From the NCBI RefSeq assembly GCF_009914755.1, contig NC_060935.1: a stretch of 64,000 bases of DNA; one strand, given 5' to 3'. Source of the stretch: the human T2T-CHM13v2.0 reference genome, Homo sapiens. The position numbers and the translations under genes were made by a program. Below are positions 46,213 to 58,565 of the stretch, in pieces (position 1 is the first letter of the stretch; each line of letters starts with the position of its first letter). The notes under the pieces are model-generated. The model ran no database searches. It was not told the DNA's origin and was given only the letters and a program-made list of their open reading frames with translations.

Positions 46213-46637
46213 GTACAGTGTTTCCAAACAAATAAGTCCCATCAGAATCTTATACTGATTTTTGTTTCTCAAAGAGAGTTCTGGGAATCTCTCTTCCTTA
46301 ATTATATGAGTATGGCTCAAGTACTCAAGTACTCAGGCTCAAAACTAGACTGTGATAAATCTATCTACTAGTCAAGATGTACTGGTAAACAAAAAAAGAG
46401 TTGAGAAATCCCTTTCTAAGTTTCAGCTGCTATAAATACTTCTGATGAAGTGAGAGTTCAGAAGATCCTTTAGAGTATTTCTGGGGTCCACTCTGCAAAT
46501 CTCATTTTGCTGTCACTAATATATCCATTAATAATAGGTTTCTTGATATACCTAGCCTTTGGAGAGCTTGTGAAGGGAATGCGAAAGCAAAAAGGTAAAA
46601 TGTAAAAATTTATTTGTCCTGAAATTTGGGATTGTAG

Positions 46638-46781
46638 GAAATGTGCTATGTATGTTTGCAACGAGCACAACGAAATTCCCTGTTGTACTACAGTGAGGAA
46701 AGGAGGAGAGAGATAGAAGATGAGAGACTCATACAGCAGTATCAGATGTTAAAGGATCAGGAGGCTCTCTTCAGACACCAG
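46638..46781 (+). CDS. CCDC81: CCDC81 exon 9 (EMCYVCLQRAQ...ALFRHQ)
   Basis: acceptor ttgtag|GAA, donor CAG|gtagtc; 144 nt, phase 0-0. Confidence 0.93.
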
Positions 46782-46844
46782 GTAGTCCAACACCTCGATT
46801 AGTCTTTAATATGGGGCAATAGAACATGATTATATAATGTAATT

Positions 46845-47155
46845 TATTATTATTTTTTATTGGCACAGGGTCTCACTCTGTCACCCAGGTTGGAATGCAG
46901 TGGCACAACCTCTGCTCACTGCAGCCTTGACCTACTTGGGCTCAGATGATCCTTCGACCTCAGCCTCCAGATTAGCTGGGACTACAGGCACACGTCACTA
47001 CACCTGGCTAATTTATGTATTTTTTGTAGAGACGGGGTTTCACCATGTTGCCCAGGGTGGTCTCCAACTCCTGGGCTCAAGCATCCAGAGGCTCCAACTC
47101 CCGCCTCTGCCTCCCAAAGTGCTGGGATTACAGGCATTACCCACTGAGCCCAGCC
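46845..47155 (-). mobile_element. AluJ
   Basis: TSD tataatgtaattta; ~65 nt from exon 9 donor. Confidence 0.9.
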
Positions 47156-47771
47156 TATAATGTAATTTAAAAATGTTCCATCATATGTCTGTACTGTGGG
47201 ATATCTAATCACGTATTTACTGTTAGACTAAAACTTGCGTTGAAGTTTTCACTAATAATAAACAACACTGGGATGAATTCCATGCAGTCGAATGTTTGCA
47301 CATATCACTGATTTTCTTTAACCTAAGGTCTGAATTTTAAAGGTGGAATTATTGGATTTATGTTTCTTTATTTCTGATAAAATATAACTCTGGTGAAGGC
47401 TTTTACCCTTCAGATTCATGTCCTATTTCAAGCAAAGACAGAATGGCACTTTTACACTTGCTGTATCCAGATTTATGTGGTGTCTAATAATTGACCCTGC
47501 TGCCTGCCCTTTCCTGCATTTGTGATGAATTCTTCCATTCCTTAGATCCCTCTAGTGGTGGTACCTAAAGGCCAAGAAAAGGAAATAAAATACCTTTCCC
47601 AATCTACTTTTATAAATCTATAGAGATATCAGAAAGTACCACTGCCTCCAAAAGGCAGGTTTCTACCATGGCTGGATTATTTTAATGTAATAGAATTAAA
47701 ATTTTTGGGGGCTCCACTTCAATATGTAATTTAAAATTTAAAAATAAACTTTTTTTTTTTTTAAACAATAG

Positions 47772-47876
47772 ATGAAAAGTCTGGCTACTAGAGAACAGAA
47801 TCAGAAAAATGCTGCCTATAATCTTGGAGTTGCTGAAGCTATAAGAAACCACAAGAATGAGAAACCGGAATTTTAT
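47772..47876 (+). CDS. CCDC81: CCDC81 exon 10 (MKSLATREQ...KPEFY)
   Basis: acceptor caatag|ATG after T-tract, donor TAT|gtaagt; 105 nt. Confidence 0.94.
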
Positions 47877-47960
47877 GTAAGTCTTTTAAAAATTTCTGTT
47901 GCTAACACCTGGCCCATCTGTGAGCCTTTGGATCCACTCCCTGTGTTGCAGGTTGTGCCT

Positions 47961-48259
47961 TATTTTTTATTTTTATTTTTTGAGATGGAGTCTTGCTCCG
48001 TCACCCAGGCTGCAGTGCAATGGTGTGGTCTCAGCTCACTGCAACTCTGCCTCCCGGGTTCAAGTCATTCTCCTGCCTCAGCCTCCCGAGTAGCTGGGAT
48101 TACAGGCACCCGCCACCATGCCCCGCTATTTTTGTATTTTTAGTAGAGACAGGGTTTCGCCATGTTGGCCAGGCTGGTCTTGAACTCCTGGTCTCATGAT
48201 CTTCCCGTCTTGGCCTCCCAAAGTGCTGGGATTACAAGTGTGAGCCACCATGCCCAGCC
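47961..48259 (-). mobile_element. AluS
   Basis: antisense Alu; TSD gttgtgcc. Confidence 0.92.
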
Positions 48260-48459
48260 AGTTGTGCCATTTTTTTTAAGCAGCGGAGTTGAAAAGTGGG
48301 TGGTGCAGTTTGAAGCTTTCTTCTAGGGCAGGTGTTGTCCAGTGTCTATAGCCACACCACTCACATTCACTGTACCGTTCCTACTAGTCACTGCAGGTCT
48401 TGTTAATTATGGTAATTCTCAACCAGGACGTGGGATGGGTGGAGAGGAGGGAGCAGTAT

Positions 48460-48630
48460 ACTACTAAAGTCCAGCCCAAGGACCTAAGAGAACCAGCAGT
48501 ATCAGCATTGCCTGGGAACTTGCTGGAAATGCTGAATCTAGGGCCTCACCCCAGACTCCCTGAATGGGCATCTATGGTGGAATAACATCCCCAGGTGATT
48601 TGTATTTGCATTAATGTTTGAGAAACTCAG
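48460..48630. mobile_element. MER5-like hAT element
   Basis: ccagcagtatcagcattgcctgggaacttgctggaaatgc...gtttgagaa. Confidence 0.7.
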
Positions 48631-48774
48631 ATTCAGATGGTGGTGAGCCAACTGCTTCACTGCTTGTTTTAATGTTTTCAATCATCATGTGCCTACCTTT
48701 ATTTCTGCCTGAATCTTCCTCTTTATATATCACCATCTAGGTAGTCGACACTCCGGACATAAATCTAATAAATT

Positions 48775-50100
48775 ATAATTTATTTATTCATCATCAAACA
48801 TTTATTGAATTCCTCCAGGCCAGCCACTGTGCTGGTGTCTAGGAATACAAGGTTCCCTCTTCTGAAGAGGTCTCTAGTGGGAGAGACAGACACTTAAAGA
48901 GACAACTGTGTGGTATAATAAATGCAATGATAAATCTCTGAAAAAAGGGCACTATATGAGCAAAAGAAGAGATTCATTAACCTAGACCAGAGATCTGGAA
49001 AGACTTTCTGACATACAAGAGTTAGGTAAAGAAATCAAGGGAGGAAGAGCATTCCAGGCAGGGAAACAGGGAAGGAAGGAGAGAGCGAGCGAGCATGGGG
49101 CTTCTGAAATTTAGGCATGATCTTTCTCTCTCTTTATATATAAGCTCCAGATTATATTTATTACTGCTGTGTATCTCTTCTTTGATATATCTATACACAT
49201 CTTAAATTTAAAAAGACCTAAACAGAACTTTTGATTCCCTCCTTAACCTGTTCCTTTCTGTCTTCTCATGTTAGTAAGTGGCATCACCAACCAGCCATTT
49301 TTGCACAAACCTGTATTTAGTCATGATCACAATATTCCTTTCTCTGTTCCTGACTTCCGATCATTTGCAAGTCCAGTTGCCTTTACCTCCAAAATGTATC
49401 CAATATCTGTCCAAATGTCTTCATCTTTAATGCTGCCACACTGAAAGTGTTGCCAAGCCACATTGTTATGCTCAACTTCTCCAATACTTCCCTTAGATTC
49501 ACTGCTTGCATTCTTGCTCTCCTATAATTTATTCTCCACACACCAGCCAAAGTGATATTATAATATTGTTAACCAAAACATACTATTCTCCCATTTAAAA
49601 CCTCCACTGGCCTCCCATTGAGTTAAAATGAAATTTAGACTCCTCACCTTCAACTATCAAATTCTACACGCTTTGACTCCTGCCTTCCTCTTGGTCACTA
49701 TGCCTTCTCCTTTCCCTTGGTCACTATGCCTCAGCCACAGAGACTTTTTTTCTGCTCATTGAACATGCCTAGCTTGTTTCCATCTAGTGTCTTTGCGCTT
49801 AATGTTCCTTCTGTATGGAACACGGGTCTCCCTGATATTTACAGTGAAGGTGATTCATTTTCTCCATGGAAAAACCTTCCCTAATAACCAACCAGTTTAG
49901 CTCTTTTCCCACCCAGCCACTTGCTATCATAAGGGCTTCCTAGCACTTAGCACTATCTTAAATGACCTGATGTACCGTTTCTTGCTCATTGTCTGTCTCC
50001 TGCATCAGCATGCAGGCTTGATGAGTGCGAAGATCTCTGTTGTTGCTCACTGTTGGATCACCAGGGTCTAGAATGGCCAGGCCCACAGTAGGTATTCAGT
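48775..50100. mobile_element. L2 relics (antisense 48775-49070, sense 49130-50100)
   Basis: typical L2 3' motifs in both orientations. Confidence 0.7.
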
Positions 50101-50248
50101 TTGCCCTCCTTTCAGCTCCTCTCTGTCCTTGCATGATTTCGCATGCACTCAGAATTCCTTCTTCCTTCCATCTGGATGTTGTAAATGCTAACTCACAACC
50201 TACTCCAGGAGTCCTTTTTCATCTCTGTCTCAGCAATGGGATTCCAGT

Positions 50249-50702
50249 TGAAACTGACCCAATAGTCCCACAGACAGGTTTTGTTTTTGTTTTTGTTTTA
50301 AATAAACATAGAAATTGACCCTTTTGGTCTTAAAGCTTGAAACTTAACATTGTTTTATCTGAGTTTCTTCCTCAGAAAAGAACCACTAGGCCTTCCAAAA
50401 AGTGTCAAAGAATTGAAACTCACCAGATGATTGCATTCAGACAATGAGCCAGGCCCCTCCATTGACCATGATTGCTTCCTTATCCCTCCCGAATTCTGGT
50501 TTTCCCATACATAGTTTCAATTCTTCCCTGCTATATAAACCCCTACTTTTAGTTGGTCAAGGAGATGGATTTGAGACTGATCTCTCATCTCCTTGGCTAC
50601 AGCACCCAATTAAATCCTTCTTCCTTGGCAATAATCATTGTCTCAGTGATTGGCTTTCTGTGCTGTGAGCACCTAGACCAAACCCCTGGTGTTTTGGTAA
50701 CA
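50249..50702 (+). mobile_element. ERV1 solo LTR (LTR26-like; subfamily uncertain)
   Basis: TGAAACTGACCCAATAGTCCC...TTGGTAACA; TATA-like ctatataaa ~50531; TSD cag(t/c). Confidence 0.8.
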
Positions 50703-50897
50703 CAGCTCAGCTCAGCTTCATCCTTGAACACACTCATATGATTCTATGTGTTACCTCAACACCAGCTGGTCCGTGTGTTGAGGGCTGGGCAAATATTATA
50801 AATTAAGAAATACTTTCTGATTTATTTTAGTCTTCTGAATTATTAACCTTGTTTTTCAGTACTCTAGCATAAATGAATTGCTTCTCTTTCATTCTAG

Positions 50898-51070
50898 AAA
50901 TCCTTCCTATTTGACAAACGGCCACTCAGTCCTGCACTTAATGCTCTTAAGCAAGAGGAATATTCCCGGAGTCTCCTGAAACAAATGGATAACAGACAGG
51001 AAAACGAAATAAAGCAAAGACAATACAGAGAGTTGATGGACCGCCTGGAACAAGTGCAACTCACAGAGGA
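50898..51070 (+). CDS. CCDC81: CCDC81 exon 11 (KSFLFDKRPLSP...VQLTE)
   Basis: acceptor ttctag|AAA, donor GGA|gtgagt; 173 nt. Confidence 0.94.
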
Positions 51071-51213
51071 GTGAGTCCAGCTACACACGCTCTGACAAAT
51101 GGATTTGGAATTTTCATGTGAAGTTACTTTTCATGTAGGATTGAATCAGCATTGGTAGTTTCATTAGCACACTGTAACCAACTGAGCAAACTAACCCAGT
51201 TAGCAGCCAGTAC

Positions 51214-52051
51214 TGAAATGGGAAAAGTTCCCTCGTCCCCCTCGCAGGGCGTGCAGTGGGGGTGTGGCTTGCTTCTTCAGTGCCCTGCTGCTCAAACCTC
51301 TAGGAGAGCATACAGATGGGCAGGCTGTAGGGCTCTGGCCACACGGCAGTATCTAGGGGTGAATGTTTACAGCTCCTGAAGCCCCAGTGGGCATGTGTTA
51401 CAGAGTGCTCTTTTAGTTTAGCCATCTGTAGGTGGCTTGTGTTAGTCAGCGCAATAGACCCCTGTCTTATCACAAGGAGAGAGGGCTTTCTGTATCCGAG
51501 GGTTCTTGCCTTGGTGTACCAGAAGAATTGGATCACATGTGGGCTTGGAGAATGAGTGCAAGGTTTTATTGAGTGGAAGTAGCTTTCAACAGATGGATGA
51601 GCCAGAAAGGAGATGGTATTCCCCTGAGTCGGGCTGCTGTGCGGCCCGGGTTCCCCTCCAACCACCCCAGCCAAACTCCACGTCATTCCACTGGTTGATG
51701 GCCTGCTGATGTGCTCTGGACATCCTCTCAGCATCCAGCCACTTGTGTGTTCCTCTGCTGATGTGTTTCTCTCGACGTCCAGCCGCTTGTGTGCCTGCCT
51801 GCTAGGGTCTTGGGGGATTTTTATAGGCACAGGATGGGGGTGTGGCAGGCCAGGGTGGTCTTGAGAAATGCAACATTTAGGCAGGAAAACAAAAATGCCT
51901 GTCCTCATCTAGGTCCGTGGGCACAGATGGAACCCTAGCCAGGGACCATGTCCTAGGGTGGAGCCCTAGCCAGGGACCATGCCCTTTCCCCACTTCCATA
52001 TCGTTTAAAGGGACCACGCTCTTCCCTTCCCAGCACTTCCCTTCTGTATCA
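51214..52051 (-). mobile_element. ERV1 solo LTR, LTR1/MER52 family
   Basis: TG...CA termini; perfect 4-bp TSD gtac; minus-strand start tgatacagaagggaagtgctggg. Confidence 0.88.
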
Positions 52052-52812
52052 GTACCACAATTTTTTATTACAAAAATGAAAAAGCTGTCATAGTTATCAT
52101 TATGGTAGTGATGGTCAATCTGTAATTACTATAATATAGAGCATCATTTTGTATTGTTTTTGCAATCGCCAATACCAGTAGATGAAGAAAGGGACTCGTC
52201 TTGAGCAGCTGTTCTTAGCTATTAGATGTTCAAATGACCTCATGGCAAAGCTGAGGTTTTATTATAATTATGTAGGGGTGTCCCATGGAACCTGAGGGCA
52301 GGAATGTACAGGGAACATAGGAAGGACTGGAACCAGAGACTAAAAATCCATGTAGAGCGGCTTTCCCTCTGCTTACATACATATGCCTAAGGGGGCCCAC
52401 ATTTTTGCTGCTGAGATTGGGAGAGCAACTATGGAGGCCATTATAGTGTGAACAGAAACTCCTAAAACAAATAAGAAGCAAGTTTCTGTGATGAAAAAAA
52501 TCTATTTCTATAAAATGTATATGTTCCATTATACTCACTTGAAAGATCATATATGGGTTCTTTAGAAGTTACATATAATAGAACCATAATTTTTAATAGG
52601 ATAGGTAACTTAAGAGATTTCAAAATAAATCAGTTTATAGAATGAATAGTCACTTCCTGCTTTCTTATGTAGATTTTTAAAAGAACTGGTGGGTGTGGGA
52701 AGAGGTGGAGTGGTGGTGATGTGTCTGCTGTTTTAGTAGTAAGGCATTTGGACAATATGGTCGGTCACCTGCCTATACTTGTTTGTCCTGTGTTCAGCAC
52801 ATTGTTCACTAG

Positions 52813-53117
<305 letters not shown>

Positions 53118-53299
53118 GCCTATGGATTTGAATTACTCTTTTCTTTCTTAAAATGAAAGCTACCAGAATAAAACATCAATTTTTATTTACCAGACTCTTG
53201 TTCCTATTTAATACTTATTAAACATGTTTTGATGATGTTAATCCATATTACTAAAGACTGCAAAACTGTGGTCCATCTTCTCTTGTTCTTAACTGCCAG

Positions 53300-53378
53300 A
53301 CTTGCTGCGCAAAGAGCGAAATTTTTAAAAGATAAGATGGAAGAAACACAGTGTTACAAGAGAGCTTTGGATGCACAG
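53300..53378 (+). CDS. CCDC81: CCDC81 exon 12 (LAAQRAKFLKDK...ALDAQ)
   Basis: acceptor tgccag|A, donor CAG|gtaagg; 79 nt. Confidence 0.94.
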
Positions 53379-53603
53379 GTAAGGGGACAGACAAATATTA
53401 TTTTTAAAATTATGCAATGCATCAATAACATCCTAAAATATGTGTAAGTTGTTACGAATATTTTTATGTGTTATGCATTTGGTAGTTTTTGTGCCCCGCA
53501 TTCCTTCCTGTAAGATGCTGGTATTTTACCACATTACAGGGTTGTGCATAAAGCTTATTCCCTGGTAGAATGATAACCTGCATTATGTGTATCTCTGTTT
53601 AAG

Positions 53604-53824
53604 ATAAAGAACAAACCCTCTCGGCTGCCCCCCTTTGAGCCAGACTCCTCTGAGCCCATCTTTGGTAAGAATGAGGGTGAACTGATGGTGGAAAAGCAAA
53701 AGCGAGAACAAAATTACATGAAACACCAGCTGGAGGCAGCTGCTAACCACAAGAGGAAAGCCATCCTGCATCAACTAGTGGACCAGAGGCGGGATTTGCA
53801 AATGCTTCAGAGGACACAAAGAGA
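53604..53824 (+). CDS. CCDC81: CCDC81 exon 13 (IKNKPSRLPPFE...LQRTQR)
   Basis: acceptor tttaag|ATA, donor AGA|gtaagg; 221 nt. Confidence 0.93.
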
Positions 53825-54183
53825 GTAAGGAGACCCCTGATCTTTCTCCCTCCACTTCTCCTCACTTATTCCGCTTCCTTTATCTCTCTTTTTCCACCCT
53901 GTCCCTGCCCCTCATCTTTCTCATACAATAGTGGAGAAATAAGAATAATAGCTAACACACTGAGGAGTTATTTGTGCAAGGCATTGTTTTAAACTTATTA
54001 CATGCTTCATCTTGTTTTATCTTAATTCATTATATGAAGAAAATGTTATTAAATAAATTTTTAAAAACCTCTCTTGACACTTTAGTGTTTTCCAAAGTGG
54101 CTGTACTACTTTACATTCCCAACCAATAGCATATGAGAGTTCTAGTCCTCCCCATCATTCCCAGAACTTGGTGTAATCAGTCT

Positions 54184-54484
54184 TTATTTTATTTTATTGA
54201 TTGAGACAGGGTTTTGCTCTGTCACCCAGGCTGGAGTGCAGTGGCATGATCATGGCTCACTGCAGCCTCAACATCCTGGACTCGAGCAGTTCTCCCACCT
54301 CAGCCTCTGGAGTAGCTGGGACTATAGGCGAGTGCCAGCACGCCCAGCTAATTTTTAAACTTTTTGGGGAGACAGGGTCTCACTATGTTACCCAGGCTGG
54401 TCTTGAACTTCAGGGTTCAAGCAATCCTCCTGCCTCAGCTTCCCAAAGTGTTGGGATTACAGGTGTGAGCCACAGCACCCAGCC
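54184..54484 (-). mobile_element. AluJ within antisense L1M fragment (~54070-54740)
   Basis: TSD atcagtcttt. Confidence 0.9.
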
Positions 54485-55472
54485 TGATCAGTCTTTTTAA
54501 TTTTGGCTGTTCTAACAGGTGCATAGTGGTGTCTCATGCTTTAATTTGGATTTCTTTAATGACTAGTGATGTTGAACATCATTTCATGTGCCTATTTGCC
54601 ATCCGTGTATCTTCTTTGGTTAAGGGTATAATGTATCAATCCAAATCTTTTGCTTATTTTATAAACTCTTTTCTTATTGTTGAGTTTTGAAAGTTCTTTA
54701 TATATTCTGTATATAAGTCCTTTATCTGATATATTTGTAAAGCCTAAACATGCCTGAAAGGAAGATGTCTTTCCCACTGATTTTTTAAAAAAATTTATTC
54801 CCTTAGGTAAGCATTCAGCTCCTCTTTAGCTTCTGTTTTATAACAGCAGAACCACCATCACTTGTCCCATAGTGGGAAGCAAAGTGTGCTTTCCATAGCC
54901 AGATATGGGACCCTCTGTATTTGTTGCTAAGACTATTGCTACTTCCTCTTCTGCTTCTATCTGTTGGCTTCTCTAGTTATTTCCTAAACTTGGAGGGTTA
55001 AAGTGTCACTTTTAAGTTGTATGACTTGGGCCAGATCACATGTAAGGTCTCTGAGCCTTATTGTCCTCATATGAGAAAGAAGGATAATCACATCTGCCCC
55101 TCCTAACCTTACTGGGAGAATTAGATGAGATTATGTATGTGAGAGCATTTTCGGAAACTGTAAAGCTCTGAACACATCCCTGTTTCTGTATTGGTCAGAT
55201 CCTTGTTTTCTATTTACATATTCTTTACTGGTTATGGCAGATTCTCTCACTTCCCTTATCTTTTCCAACTCCCTGGTCCTTCTCTGGTTCATCTTAACAT
55301 GTGATCTCAGATTGTCTTGTGACTCATAGAAGGCCACTTTCTTTCAGAGGGGATAATTTAGTCAGGGTGATCCAGACAGGACTGCTAAGCTATTTATACT
55401 TGTTTTTTTTCTTTTTGCTCTTATTTTCAAAAGTAACAATTCATGCTCATTAAAAGAAGTCAATTGAAGGTT

Positions 55473-55763
55473 AGCCGGGCACGGTGGCTCATGCCTGTAA
55501 TCCTAGCACTTTGGGAGACCGAGGCAGGCAGATCACTTGAGCCCAGGAGTTTGAGACCAGCCTGGGCAACATGGTGAAACCCCGTCATTACTAAAAATAC
55601 AAAAATTAGCTGGGCGTGTTGGTGTGCGCCTGTAATCCCAGCTATTCGGGTGGCTGAGGCACAAGAATGCTTGAACCTGGGAGGCAGAGGTTGCAGTGAG
55701 CTGAGATTGCGCCACTGCACTTCAGCCTGGGCGACAGAGATTGCCTCAAAAAAAAAAAAAAAA
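55473..55763 (+). mobile_element. AluS
   Basis: full Alu with A tail. Confidence 0.92.
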
Positions 55764-56258
55764 GGTTAATAATCTCCCCTACTAAGTAGCCAATACATAT
55801 GTGCATATTGCTTAAATAGGAAAATTTTTTAAATTTTTTTTGTAAAAAATAATTTAAAAGTAGGTTACATATTAACCTTAATTATTTATAAAAAAATTTA
55901 AACAATTTTTCCTTTTTAAGCAATATGCACATATATTTTTCCTTCTACTTTTGTAAATGAAATAGTCTATGAGATCTTATATATTACTCTGCAAACTAAT
56001 CTTTCTTTAACCTAGCAATGTCATATACAACTCAGTACATATATATGAGATTCATTCTTCTTTAATAGCAGCATATTATCTATAATATAGATGTATAATA
56101 ATTTAACTTTTGCATTATTGATGAACATTCACTTTGTTTCCAGATATTTTGTATTAAACATTTTTAATATATATTTTTATACTGGTTCTTTTGTTTCTAT
56201 CAGATAAATTCCCAAAAGTGGGGCTGCTGTGTCCAATGTACGGTACATCTAATTTTCC

Positions 56259-56427
56259 TTTTTTTTTTTGTTTTTTTGAGACAGAGTCTCACTCTGTCGC
56301 CCAGGCTGGAGTGCAGTGGTGCGATCTTGGCTCACTGAAACCTCTGCCTCCTGGGTTCAAGTGATTCTCATGCCTCAGCCTCATGAGTAGCTGGGACTAC
56401 AGGTGCATGCCACCACTCCTGGCTAAT
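56259..56427 (-). mobile_element. Alu right-arm fragment
   Basis: antisense monomer ending abruptly at ggctaat. Confidence 0.88.
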
Positions 56428-56589
56428 GTATGATACATTTGAAATATTACCAGAAACTGACAGTTACATTTCTAAGAAGGCATAGCAACTTGCTTCTCAG
56501 CAATGTTGTGAGAATGCTAGTTGTCCCCTGCACAATCTCTGCCTCATTTTCTTACTTTCTGGGCATTTAAAATTATTTTAACCTATCCT

Positions 56590-57400
56590 TAAAAAAATAA
56601 CATAATAATGGCCAACAAGCAAATGAAAAAATGATTAACACCACAAATTATTATGAAAGTGCAAACCACAATCACAGTGAGATACCATGTCACATCCATC
56701 AGGATAGCTACTATGAAAAAAAATAACACGCGTTAGTGAGAAGTAGAAACCTTTGTGTACTGTTGGTGCAAACATAAAATGGTACAGTTGCTATGGAAAA
56801 CAGTATGGTGGTTCCTCAAAAAATTAAAAATAGAACTACTGTATCATCCAGTAATTCCCCTTCTGGATATGTATTCAAAAAAATTGAAAGCTGATCTCAA
56901 AAGATATCTGTACAGCCATGTTCATAGCAGCACTTTTTGTAACAGCCAAGAAGTAGAAGCATCCCAGGTGTCCACCGACAGATGAATGGATAAACAAAAT
57001 GTAGTGTGGGTATATATATACACTGTACAATGGAATTGTTATTCACTTTTAAAAAGGAAGAAAGTTCTAACACATGCTACACTGTGGATGACCCTCAAGG
57101 TCATTATGTTAAGTGAAATAAACAAGTCACAAAAAGACAAAATACTGTATGACTCCACTTATATGAGTTATCCAGAGAAGTAAAATTCATAGAAACAGAA
57201 AGTAGAATGTTGGTTGCCAAGGGCTAGAGGAGGCAGAAATGGGGAGTTGTTTAATGGGTGTAGTTTTAGTTTTGTAACGTGAAGGCGTTCTGGAGATTGG
57301 GTGCATAACATGAATGTATTTAACACTAAGTAACTGTACACTTGGAAATGGTTAAGATAGTAAATTTTGTTATGTGTTTTTTTAAACCACAAAAAAAAAA
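56590..57400 (+). mobile_element. L1MB-like 3' end with A tail
   Basis: ORF 56755..56985 (LWKTVWWFLKKLKIELLYHPVIPLL) resembles ORF2p C-terminus; L1MB-type 3' UTR. Confidence 0.88.
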
Positions 57401-58439
57401 TCTGCGAAAAGAAAAATAACTTATGAAAAAAGTAATAGGTACTCTTCAGTCATTGAGCTCCAGTTACATGATAGGCACTGGCACTTCCTGTGTATCATTT
57501 AGTCTTTATAATAACCATACAATAGCTGTTCAATCAATGCTTGTTAGATGAAAAGGTGTGCCGTTTAAGGAAAAAGTGAGACAGTATAGAGGACATTAAC
57601 TGATTTTTATTGGAGGATCCTGACACCCAGTGGTCGTTGGTACCTGTAACACAAAGCCCTTCAGAGCAGGCTACATCAACAGTTACATTTTGTGAAGCTC
57701 CTTCTAGATTTCAGTGAGAACTGACAGCAAAGGTTTCAGTTTAGCAAGAAATAGACACATAATCAGAACCAGGCTTAAGGTGATTCACAACAGTAGTGAT
57801 GGAGTGTTTGGAGACCAGTGATAGAAACACAACACTGGGAATATCTCCCTTTGAAGACAGAGATTATACTGCAGTCACTTCTTCGATGACATGGCCTTCA
57901 CCAAACATTCCTGTTTTATTTTCTTGCCTTCTTCACAATGTTAATGTTTTCTCTATTTTCTTTTCCCTTGCTTAGTCACTTGTGTTTATTTTCTCTTTTT
58001 GTAGACTTTCATTTGTATACCTATCTATTTTGCCTTGTAATATGTCTGCAGTGACTGGTAGGCTGAGTACTGGCAGCTGAGAGGCTGGACTAAAAGGAAA
58101 GAAACAGAGTATAGGAAATCCATTTGGGATGATTCTTCAGATAAGTTAAATTAGCCTCAAAGGAAATTAATGGTTTTACAGGTTGAAGTTGTTAACTGGA
58201 AAAAGGTTTCAATCCTATTAAATCAAACCAGGATTGAAGATAAAAGACCTTTGATCCATAAATTATTTGAGAGCTAGGAATTTCAGTATGCTTTTACAGT
58301 GTTCATGCTTTTTAGTATATTTCAGAGTAGTGAACAAAACCAGAAGGTTTTTTTTGTTTAACATAAAAGGAATGGGGCTCCCAAATTTGGTGCATGCTCT
58401 TCCAAGTATTATGGAGCCAGGCTGTTCTTTTCTCTCCAG

Positions 58440-58565
58440 GCACTTGGCAGACAGAACCGCTGAGCTGGAGCGAGTAAATAGAGTCAACCAATGCTTACAG
58501 GAGGACTGGGAAAGGAGTGCTGCGATGAAGAAGCAGCGAGACCTGGAGGACAAGGCTTTTGAACG
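58440..58565 (+). CDS. CCDC81: CCDC81 exon 14 (HLADRTAELER...DKAFE)
   Basis: acceptor ctccag|G, donor ACG|gtaatg; 126 nt. Confidence 0.94.

Noticed and set aside
47772-48143. 123-aa ORF extending exon 10
   Set aside because: Read-through of a strong gtaagt donor into an antisense Alu; Alu-derived translation
51300-51908. Longest ORF in the track (202 aa, minus strand)
   Set aside because: Lies entirely within the LTR1/MER52-family solo LTR; no recognisable protein domain
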